64,000 nucleotides of DNA from Leucoraja ocellata (Eukaryota): positions 7,192,001-7,256,000 of the forward strand of contig JAWMAR010000049.1 in the NCBI GenBank assembly GCA_036785375.1, written 5' to 3'. Positions 51,720 through 62,642 of the stretch are shown in pieces. Below the pieces are notes generated by a model. The model was not told where the DNA came from. It saw only the letters and a program-made list of their open reading frames with translations, and searched no databases. Each line of letters begins with the position of its first letter. The stretch's first letter is position 1. The position numbers and the translations under genes are program-made.

Positions 51720-52347
51720 GTGCTCTCATGGACCACCTACAGCAGGCACATGAGAGCGCTGGAACAGTACCTCAAAGATCCTTACGAGAGTTTCTGAGGC
51801 TCAGCTGGGAGGACAAACGCACCAACATCAGCGTTTTGGAGGAAGCCAACATGACCAGCATCACCACCACAATAATGCAGCACCAACTTCGATGGACTGG
51901 CCATGTCATCCGCTGTCCAACACACGTCTCCCTACACAGATCCTGTACTCTCAATTGAAGGAAGGTCGGCAAGCCCCCAGCGGGCCAAAGAAACGCTTCA
52001 AGGACAACATCAAGAACAGTCTGAAGAAATTCCACATCACATCGAGCAACTGCGAACACATTGCACTGGACAGGCGCTCCTGGAGGAGATCCGTGCAGGA
52101 AGGAGCTGCACGTCACGAAACGGGACTACGCCGTGTCGCAGAGACAAAGCGACAGCACCGTAAGGAGAGAGAGGGAGAGAGAAGGGGGTTCGACGACTGC
52201 CAACCACCGCAAGTCTCCACTGCCCACGTTGCACCACGGTGTGTGGATCGCGGATCGGCCTCCACAGACCCACAAGTAGACGACCCTATGGAGGGGAGAG
52301 GAGAGGACAGTCATACTCGTTTCGAGTGACCGCCGATGATGATGAAG
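51720..52347 (+). mobile_element. RTE (BovB-like) LINE 3' fragment
   Basis: LSWEDKRTNISVLEEANMTSI...QLRWTGHVIR / RLPTQILYSQLKEGR..GPKKRFKDNIK; (GAT)n tail. Confidence 0.85.
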
Positions 52348-53144
52348 ACAGCAGGATGCTCCGCTCAATAAACGTTGGTTCACAAGGGATTATGAGGCAT
52401 GCGAGTGCAGAAAATTAGAGGGTTCTTGTCACGTTAGGTGTTCTCACTGCAACTCCCCCCCCCCCCCTTCCCTCAACTTAAATAACATAAAATAATTTGC
52501 TGATTTTCCATCACTCATGAAACCCTGGTGTGATCACCCATCAAATGAGAATATGTCTGTTCAAATGAGGTGATAACCAAAGTGTCGCACTTCCCCTCAG
52601 CACCACCTGCCCAATGCTTAGTAATAAGCCTGTGCACAGCAGATGCCCAGCAGCGCACCCCGTGTTACGATGCAAGACAATCAATCAACACCTCCGCAGC
52701 GGCAGGCAGATTGTCGCCTTTATTGGAGACACCAAGACGCACGTCATGCTTGGATGCTGCTCAACCCCTTCATCTGCAGCCATGCCCCAGGAACCTGCAG
52801 AGAATGCGATCCTGACCCTGGATCTATTGCCAGGGTTCTTTTGAATGATATTCTGGCCAACTAAGCATATTCATCAGTTCATATTTTCAATCAGTTCATA
52901 AGTAGAATTAGGCCGTTCGGCCCATCGAGTCCACTCCGCCATTCAATCTATCTCTCTGTCCTAACCTCATTCTCCTGCCTTCTCCCCATAGCCTCTGACA
53001 CGAATCAAGAATCTATCTATCTCTGCCTTAACTATATCCATTGACTTTCCCTCCACAGCCTTCTGTGGCAATGAAAACCACAGATTCACCACCCTCTGCG
53101 CCGAAATTTCCACGCTGCATTTCTAAATGGATCGGTCAGCAAAA

Positions 53145-54483
53145 GAATGGGTCGACTGGGCTTACAATGTATTCACTGGAATTTAGAAAGTTGAGAGGGG
53201 ATCATAGGAACATATATAATTCTTATGGATTGGACAGGCTAGATTCAGGAAAATTGTTCCCGATGTTGGGGAAGTCCAGAACCAGAGGTCACAGTTTAAG
53301 AATAAGGGGTTGGCCATTTAGGACTGAGATGAGGAAAATCTTTTTCACCCAGAGAGTTATGAATCTGTGGAGTTCTCTGTCACAGAAGGCAGTGGAGGCC
53401 AATTCACTGGATGTTTTTGGCGTTTTCACAGTTGGCGGCGCGACTCACCCGTTGCAGCGGCCCCTACAGCCTGTCTGTCTTTTTTTTATTTTTTGTCTAG
53501 TTAAATGTAGTGTTTGGTGTTTTTTAATAGTATTTTTAAATGTGTAAATGTGGGGGGCGGGGGGGGGGAGGGGGAAACTGTTTAAATCTCTTCCCTGTCC
53601 GGGAGACCCGACTTTTTCCCTGTCGGGTCTCGGCTGTCGTTGGGGCCTAGCACCGTGGAGCGGCCTCCAGCCTGAACGACCCGGGGGCTCGGGAGACTGC
53701 GGAGCTGCGGAGCTGCGGATCTGCGGACTCACCATCGTGGGGCTGGCCGGCCTCGGAGCGTGGGGAGCGGCGGTGACTCGCTGCTGCGACTCGACTCCTG
53801 GGGCCCGGAGGCTCCAGCAACGCAGCCGCAGGTCCGGTGGACTGGGACATCGGGAGCTCGCGGGTCTGGGAGGAGAGAGAGAGACCGCTTCCCGGAGCTC
53901 CCGCAACGCGATTTCTCCAGCCCGTGTCGCGGGGTTGGAACAACCCGGACCGGGACAGTACATCACCCGGCGCGGCTTCATGGCCGTGGGACTCACCATC
54001 GCCCATGGGGGTTCCAACCTTGGACTTTCAGACCGGGAGCGGGGCCGTAAATCGCCCCGCGCGGCCTAAAATGGCCGTGGGACTCATCATCGCCCGCCTG
54101 GGGCTTGGACATCGGGAGAGACACGGAGAACAGGGGAGAGAAAAGACTTGCCTTCCATCACAGTGGCTTCACTGTGATGGATGTTTGTGTGGATTTAATT
54201 ATGTGTATGTCTGTAAGACAGTGTCTTTGTTTGTATGGCTGTGGAAACAACATTTCGTTTGAGTCTCACTGGGGCTCAAATGATAATAAATTTGTATTGT
54301 ATTGTATTGTATTGTTTTCAAGAGAGAGTTAGAACAGCTCTTATGGCTAACGGAATCAAGGGATCTGGGGAGAAGGCAGGAACGGGGTACTGATTTTGGA
54401 TGATCAGCCATGATCATATTGAATGGTAGTGCTAGCTTGAAGGCCCGAATGGCCTACTCCTGCACCTATTTTCTATGTTTCTA
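53145..54483 (+). mobile_element. CR1 3' fragment split by an approximately 900-bp GC-rich non-autonomous retroelement (about 53418-54314)
   Basis: The CR1 reads GGATGTTTT|CAAGAGAGAG across the insert. The insert ends in CCATCACAG..CTGTGATGG, a hairpin, AATAAA and (TATTG)n. Confidence 0.8.
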
Positions 54484-55862
54484 AATCTAAATTGCGCAAA
54501 ATACAAAATCTGTTAAATAAATTTAACTAAAGGCACAGCTTTATGGACCTGCCATTGAATTCAAGAAATCTCACCTTTTGAACAAAAAGATATATATTTT
54601 TTCCTTAAAGATATTAACAATTTTATGGGCGCAATATATTTTTATTACTTTTGGGAAAGAATGCCGTGTTCTGAGAATAGACACATGGCAATCAGGAGCT
54701 TACAATATCTTAAACGAGTAAAATACACCAGAATGTATGAAGGTCATTAATATAACTCACCATAGACACAAAAAGCTGGAGTAACTCATCGGGACAGGCG
54801 GCATCTCTGGATAGAAGGAATGGGTGACACTTCGGTTCAAGACCCTACTTCAGACAGTCATAAGGTCATAAGGAATAGGAGTAGAATTAAGCCATTCGGC
54901 CCATCAAGTCTATTCCGCCATTCAATGCTGGCTGAACTATCTCCCTCCTAACCCCATTCTCCTCCCTTCTCCCCATAACCTCTGACACCTGTACTAATCA
55001 AGAACCTATCTATTTCTGCCTTAAAAATATCCACTCTTGGGCTCCACAGCTTTGTGTGCCAAAGAATTTCACAGATTCACCACCTTATCTTTGTCAACCT
55101 TCGGTGTCTAGCTACCCAAGAATCTGTTCCACAAAGCCTCTTGCACTGGTTAAATATTTTAAATGAGATTATAGCAGTCAACTACACAGGGTTGAATGCA
55201 GTACATCTGAAAATCAAAATATTATAACTTGAATTTTTCACAGTCATTTGAAGAGACTGTTTCAATTATAAAAACATAGAAACATAGAAATTAGGTGCAG
55301 GAGTAGGCCATTCAGCCCTTCGAGCCTGCACCGCCATTCAATATGATCATGGCTGATCATCCAACTCAGTATCCTGTACCTGCCTTCTCTCCATACACCC
55401 TGATCCCTTTAGCCACAAGGGCAACATCTAACTCCCTCTTAAATATACCAATGAACTGGCCTCAACTACCCAATTTGTTGAGTTTGCTGCACTATTTCAG
55501 CACAGACCTTGTGGGTTTTATAATGGGCCTTAACCTTAGGACTCACAAGTAAAAGCAGAGGGGGATTGTGCATGGATAGAAGAGGTAGCACAGTGGCACA
55601 GCAGTGGAGGTGCTGACTTACAGCACCGGAGATGAGTCTGAAGAAGGATCTCGACTCAAAAAGTTGACTAGTCTGAAAAAGGGTTTTGACCCGAAACGTC
55701 ACCCATTCCTTCTCTCCAGAGTTGCTGCCTGAATCGCTGAGTTACTCCAGCATTTTGTGTCTATCAAGAGTGTCTTGTTGTCATATGTCCCACATAGAAC
55801 AATGAAATTCTTACTTGCAACAGCACACCAGAATATGTAAACATAGTACACTGTAAACATAA

Positions 55863-56002
55863 NNNNNNNNNNNNNNNNNNNNNNNNNNNNNNNNNNNNNN
55901 NNNNNNNNNNNNNNNNNNNNNNNNNNNNNNNNNNNNNNNNNNNNNNNNNNNNNNNNNNNNNNNNNNNNNNNNNNNNNNNNNNNNNNNNNNNNNNNNNNNN
56001 NN
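55863..56002. other. Assembly gap (140 N)
   Basis: Run of N. Confidence 1.
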
Positions 56003-57239
56003 ACAGCATCTCTGGAGGGAAGGAATGGGTGACGTTTTGGGTCGCGACTCCAGCAGAAGAATCTCGACCCGAAACGTCACCCATTCCTTCTCTCCAGAGA
56101 TGCTGCCTGTCCCACTGAATTACTCCAGATTTTTGTGTCTATCTTCAGTTTAAACCAGCATCTGCAGTTCCTTCCTGAACAATATAACTTGCCATGCATG
56201 TTCTCAGCAATGCACCAGAGCGTTACATTGCATTGCTTGCTCCAGTCCCTGGAGTGGGACCAAACCACAGCCATTCTCCGAGTCAGAGGCTGAGACTGCC
56301 ATGAGACAGGACTGACAGAAGTGGGGTTTACATTACATTATCACCATGTACTACACAATGCCACCCACCAGGAGATATACTCAATACATGTAATCCGGCA
56401 GCAGCAACATGCAGGCTTTCATCCCCAACAATCAAGCTCCCTCTCTGTCCACAAGGGGGAGCCTACTTCAAAAAGTGTAAAAAACACAGGCCAGTAAGGT
56501 GGCGCAGCGGTAGAGTTGCTGCCTCACAGCGCCAGAGACCCGGGTTCGATCCTGACTACGGGTGCTGTCTGTACAGAGTTTGTACATTCTCCGAGTTCGC
56601 CTCGACACTGCAGTTGGACTGCTGGACCACGGGAGAAGGAACAAAGGGAAGAGATAAAGACTTTGCCTTCCATCACAGTGAGGAGATGTTGGAGACTCAC
56701 TGTGATGGATGTTTATGTAAACTGTGTTAACTGTGGGTCTTCGATTGTGTTGTAATGTTAAAAACTGTAGAAATGATATTTCGTTCAAACCTAGGTTTGA
56801 ATGACAATAAATCTTATCAAATCAAACTTCATTTTGCAACCACACTCCAAAGACATACAGGTTTTTAGGTTAATTGGCTTGGTGTAGCAATTGCCCCTAG
56901 TGTGTGTAGGATAGTGTTAGTGTGCGGGGATCACTGACTCGGTGGGCCGAAGGGCCTGTTTCCGCGCTGTATCTCCACAACTGAACTACATATGGGAGAG
57001 ATAAGAAAAGACAAAGTGCTGGGGTAACTCAGTGGGTCAGGCTGCATCTTTGAAGAACATGAATAAGTTTGGGTTGAGACCCTGACTATGGTGGTTATTG
57101 TAGTGGAGTGGAGTGGGATGGGGTGGGGGGGGGGGGGGAGGGGGGGAGTGGGTTGGGAGAATGCTGGAAGGGAAATGGGGTCAGGACAAAGCCTGACAAG
57201 CGATGTGTAGGAAGGCACTGCAGATGCTGGTTTCCATCT

Positions 57240-57329
57240 CTGAAGAAGGGTCTCGGCCCGAAAAACGTCACCCATTCCTTCTCTCCAGAGATGCTGCCTG
57301 TCTGAAGAAGGGTTTCGGCCCGAAACGTC
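57240..57329 (+). ncRNA. Tandem pair of minimal hammerhead-like motifs in PLE pseudo-LTRs
   Basis: 57240: CUGAAGA-A-GGGU(CUCG)GCCC-GAAAAA-CGUC. 57302: CUGAAGA-A-GGGU(UUCG)GCCC-GAAA-CGUC. Confidence 0.55.
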
Positions 57330-57459
57330 GCCTATTTCCTTCGCTCCATAGATGCTGCTGCACCCGCTGAGTTTCTCCAGCAATTTTGTGTACCTTCGAT
57401 CTTCCACCATCTGCAGTTCCTTCTTGAACACTTCTTATGAAATGGTTCTGTTTGATAAT

Positions 57460-58245
57460 TCAAGGTCCCAAGGTCAGTTTATTGTCACCTGCGCCAATTA
57501 AGGTACACTGAAATTTGAGTTACCATACAGCCTTACTAAGTGAAAAGCAACAAGGCACACAGCCACATGAAAGTTAACATAAACATCCACCACAGTGGAT
57601 TCCACATTCCTCACTGTGATGGAAGGCAATAAAGTTCAATCTCCCACGGGCGGGGCAGTCAAACCATCTGCAGGTTTGACTGCAGAAGATCAGAGTTGGA
57701 GAGATAGATAGATAGATAGATAGAGAGTCTTTCCGCTGACTGGTTAGCACGCAGCAAAAGATTTTCAGTGCGCCTCGGTACACGTGACAATAAACTAAAC
57801 TAAACCGATGGACATTAAAAGTACGTGGGAGATTGACTGATCAAAGCCCCCGCAGCCGACGATCGGAGCCCCCATCGGGGTGATCGAAACTCCCGCGTTG
57901 GGGTGGTTGAAACTCTCTCCACGGCATGGAGCTCCCGAGTCGGCCTCTTCTTACCAGAGACCGCGGGCTTCACGATGTTGAAATCCACAGGCCACGCGGT
58001 TGGAGCTTCGATCCCCGTCAAAGGGGTCGCAAGATCCACGATGTTGAAGTCCCGCAGACTCCCACGGCTTGAAGCGCCGGGTTGGTCTCCAGGAAAGGCC
58101 GCGCCACTCCACTATGTTCGGCCCCCGTGCGGATGGAGATACGATATGGAATTTTAAAAATAAATAAAATCTCCGTCGAGGTAAGAGATTGAAAAAAAGT
58201 TTCCCCCAACCCCCCCCCCCTCCCCTCCCCACACAAAACAAACCA
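57460..58245 (-). mobile_element. GC-rich non-autonomous retroelement related to 53418-54314, interrupted by a local inverted duplication
   Basis: Shares the poly-G/GGGGAAACT..AATCTCT head region and the CCTTCCATCACAGTG 3' block; reversed AATAAA tail near 57480. Confidence 0.6.
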
Positions 58246-58659
58246 AATAATGACTTACTGTCTAATTTGCTGTGCTGAACAATATTTCCTTGACTTCAGT
58301 AACTTAAATTTCATTTCATAAGCACAGTTCTCAAAGGCTGCTTTAAAAAAAAAAACCAAAAAAAATACAGCCCAGTTATTTTAAATTGGTACTTGGCTGA
58401 ACTCTGGAAAATGTGCGAATGTCAGGTCAGCTGTGATATAATTTTATCCTGACAGTGATCATCTTTGTTGGTTAATGCAAGCCTGCAAGCAATGAAATGA
58501 CACTACCCTGCTGTTGCTTGTGAGTTTGATTAAATAGGTAGCGTGGAAGTTGGATAGAGTTACTTTTAATGTTCATCAGTTTAGTTTAGTTTATTGTCAC
58601 GTGTACCGAGGCGCACTGAAAATCTTTTGCTGCGTGCTAACCAGTCAGTGGAAAGACAA

Positions 58660-58664
58660 TCTAC

Positions 58665-58712
<48 letters not shown>

Positions 58713-59551
58713 AACTACAACTCTGATCTTGTGCTCTTCCGATTTGAGTGGTTTTTCTATTCGTGCAAAAACGGTACACGATAGCGCTATGATTTTTCGC
58801 CAGCTCGCTCACCGTTCTCCTGTGCTGCGAGTGCACCAAGTTTTGTTCCGATCAGTGGCCTTTTGTAAAAGTTAGCGAGGTTTAAAAATGTTATAAACAG
58901 CTCGTGCGCAGATCGATCTCCTCTCCTGACAGTCAGCGCCGTGCGGATTGGTCTCTTCTCCTGTCACTCCCCGGGATGGTCCGCCTCTTCCTGCGCCATC
59001 GCGTCGTTACTGGAGCTGAGGGACACTGCGCGTGGCCGGCCGAGGTCTTCAAACGGGCGCAATTTTCGGAGGGACCGGAAGCGGCCCGGCCCGGGAGATG
59101 TCGCCAATTGGAAAGCGGAGAATCTGATTCCGGCGGAGGAGAGCGTCCAGCGCCCACTGTGAGTCCCAAACGTACCACCATCACAATGCCCCTTCCCCTC
59201 TGGTCCCCCTCGCTGGCTCCTGCCCCCTCCCTCGTGACACCGCCCTCTCCCCCAGTCTTTTCTCCGAGCTCTCCCCCCCCCCCCCCACCTACACGCCGGC
59301 GCGGCTGTAACTGCTGGTGCTTTCAGGCCGAGCTGAGGATCCGCGCTGACGGCTGATGCTCCTCCGGGGATTGGGGAGGGGAGGAAGGGAGGGGAAAGAA
59401 GAAGGAGGGTGAAGAGGAGGGGGAGAGAGTGCTAGGGATGAGGGGAAATGAGCTGTGCCTGTGAAGTTGGGGGCTATGGGTGAGTGGTGGAATATTGCAT
59501 TGGGGGACCAAGCCTGTGTGACAGGGACCCAACGGGTCCCACTTAGCCTAG
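58660..59551 (+). mobile_element. Non-autonomous Helitron (892 bp)
   Basis: 5' TC followed by (TATC)n; 3' hairpin GGGACCC-AAC-GGGTCCC (59524-59540) then CTAG. Inserted between A and T of a Rex-like tail (GAAAGACAA|TACATGATTAC) with no TSD. Confidence 0.8.
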
Positions 59552-61241
59552 TACATGATTACATTCGAGCCATCCACAGTGTACTGATACATGACAAAGA
59601 GAATAACGTAGGATAAAGTCCAGTAAATAATAATAATAATAATAATAAGCCTTTATTGTCATTGTACTTAGAGATACAACAAAATTAGACCTGATCAGTG
59701 CAACCAAAACAAGATAAAAACACAACCAATACATCCAATACATTATTTAACTGATTTGTCACACGTAGTTAGAACATTGCACTGGGAGAATATTACACTT
59801 TAAAATGTAATAAATACTTTAAAAGAATTTTAAAAGAAATATTAGCCGAGTGGTCTGTTTTACAGTGGAATGGATGACAGCATCTCTCATGTCGTGTGGA
59901 TATTTGAGGAATTTTGAGTTCTGATGGCCCAGGGAAAGAAACTGTTCTTGAGTCTGTTTGTCCAGATTTTGACGCACCTGTACCGCCTACCACAGGGCAG
60001 GAGGTTGAACAGGGAAGTCCGATCAAAGATAGTCTGAGGGTTTCCAATGGGGTAGCTCTGGCTGAACTACTTCTAATCTTGTGTGTGGACTCGATAAGAA
60101 GAAGGGGAGAGGGAAATCTGATTATCCTCCTGCTCTATGTTTTAACTCAGACTCGCTACTTTTTCTTAGTGATTTTTAATTGCACTTACATGTTTATCAA
60201 CTGGGCCTTGATCATGATCTCCCCATCACTCTCTTAAAAAAACAAAGCACCCCTCTTCCCTATTCTTACCACCAATGTCACAATTCCCCGTATTATTGTC
60301 CATCTGCTTCCTACTTGACCGCATTTGCTTAACTCAGTTGTAACTACACACGGAACACGTTTCCCAATTGTTACCCCGCCCCATCTTTGGATCATCTGCA
60401 CAGGACCTTTACAAAGTTGCATATATAATCCTCAAACTCAATAACGTTCAAACATGACCAAAGAATTGATGGGCAAAGATTTGGAAATGTCACCCGTAAA
60501 TGGGGTTTGGATTTGGATCGAGCCTTTCTATTTTTTTACACTGATAAGTGAAAGCCTCCGTTCCACTCAAAGCAAAATTGTTTAACTCTTGTAAATCAAT
60601 CCATATCCTTAAAAAATTAGGCAGAGAGTTGGTTACCAGGAAAAAAAAGAAAGAAAAAAAAAATCAGGCTGCAGTGAAATGTTTCATAAGTTTAAAACTG
60701 AATGATTTTATATTCATGGCTCTCAAGGCAAGGGGGTCTGAGGAAGGCCCCCCCGACACAAAATGTTCTTGGGATGGGTGTGAAGAAGGGTCCCGATCCA
60801 TGTTCTCCAGGGTGTGCTGCTTGACCCACAGTTACTCCAACATTCTGTCTCTTTTTATAGTCTCAAGTATTTGCCTCACATGGAACAACATTTTTATTTA
60901 AGAAGTCCACAAGTCAACCATTGTTCCTTAGTCCGAAATTGGTTCAAAGCAAAAGCAATGATTGCTTTAATGCATTAGCTTATTCCAGCAATCATTTATT
61001 ACTAAACTTCCTGAGGCACATGTCATTGCTGAGAAGTGAGGGCGGCTATTTTAGTAGAGCAGTAGAAGATATCCATCTAGTTTAGATTAGTTTAGAGATA
61101 CAGCGTGAAAACAGGCCCCTCGGCCCAGGGGCAGGAAATATGGCCAGCGTGGAGAAGCAGCGCTGGTGTCCAGTCAGTCCAGGCAGGGCTGTTAGTTAAC
61201 CCGGCGAGACAGGCAGAGTTGAGCTGCATTTAGCGCTGGAT

Positions 61242-61371
61242 NNNNNNNNNNNNNNNNNNNNNNNNNNNNNNNNNNNNNNNNNNNNNNNNNNNNNNNNNNN
61301 NNNNNNNNNNNNNNNNNNNNNNNNNNNNNNNNNNNNNNNNNNNNNNNNNNNNNNNNNNNNNNNNNNNNNNN
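61242..61371. other. Assembly gap (130 N)
   Basis: Run of N. Confidence 1.
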
Positions 61372-62020
61372 GTCCCCCGTCCCCTCCATGTTTTTATAGC
61401 GAGTTCCGCTCTAGCCTCGGCCCACTAAGTCCACGATGACCAGCGAACCCCGCACATTAACAATATCCTGCACACGAGGGAATAGTTACATTTATACCAA
61501 GCCAATTAACCTACCAGCCTGTCACCTGTGGAGCGTGGGAGGAAACCGATGCAGATCACGGGGAGAACGTACAAACTCCGTACAGACAGCACCCATAGTC
61601 GGGATCGAACCCAGGTCAATGGCGCTGTAAGGCAGCATCTCTACCGCTGTGTCAACTCTCGAGTTTGCTTTGAAAACCCCAGATCAAGACACTCCTTTGA
61701 AATCAGTTGGTATGCAATGGAAACTTGCTTCATCAAACAAGGCTCCTTTAGAGTGACATGGTCTGGGTGCCAAGCGAGTATGTACTCTCACCAAAACCTT
61801 GTGCCAGGAAAATGGTGCTTCAATTCCCTGTCTGAAGAAGGGTCTCGATCCGAAAATCCACCCATTCCTTCTCTACAGAGATGCTGCCTGTCCCGCTGAG
61901 TTACTCCAGCATTTTGTGTGTACTCTACCTCACCAGTTCCCTTTGATTCTGATGCAAGGGATACAATGTGATGCGCTGTAGAAGTTTGAGGAACAACAGG
62001 TATTTTTCATATATCCTGTT

Positions 62021-62642
62021 GGGGTGGCACGGTGGCACAGTGGTAGAGCAACTGACTCAGAGTGCCAGAGACCCGGGTTCAATCCCGACTCCAGGCGCTC
62101 ATCTGTACGCAGTTTGTACATTCTCCCCATGACCTGCGTGGGTTTTATCTGAGATTTTTGATTTCCTCCAACACTCTAAAGACGTCCAGGTTTGTAGGTT
62201 AACTAAGTAGGTTCAGTCCCTAGTGTGTGTAGGATAGTATTAACGTGCGGGGATCGCTGGTCAGCGCGGGCACGGTGGGCCTCTTTCAACATTGTATCTC
62301 TAAACTGAACTAAACAGGATTATTATTCCAGTAATGGGAGAGTCCACAACCAGTGGGTACAGCCTCAGAATAAAATTACACACCTTTAGAATGGAGATAA
62401 GGAAGAATTTATTCAGCCAGGGCGTGGTAAATCTGTGGAATTCATTGCAGCATACAGCTGTGGAGGCCAAGACATTGGGTATTTTTTAAGTGGAGGTTGA
62501 TACCTTCTTGATTAGGATGGGCATCAAATGTTTCAAGGAGATGCAGGAGAATGGGGTTGAGATGAAAAGATAGATCAGCCATGATTAAATAGCGGTATTG
62601 ACTCGATGGGCTGAATGGCCTAATTCTGCTCCGATGTCTTGT
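62021..62642 (+). mobile_element. V-SINE (62021-62315) followed by a CR1 3' fragment (about 62325-62642)
   Basis: SINE head, V-domain and tail; GTGGTAAATCTGTGGAATTC CR1 core and UTR. Confidence 0.8.

Noticed and set aside
53445-54262. ORFs of 119-190 aa on both strands
   Set aside because: A consequence of high GC content inside a repeat; no recognisable domain or splice structure.
58904-59356. 150-aa ORF and apparent CpG-island promoter of a second gene
   Set aside because: Lies wholly within the Helitron; no recognisable protein.
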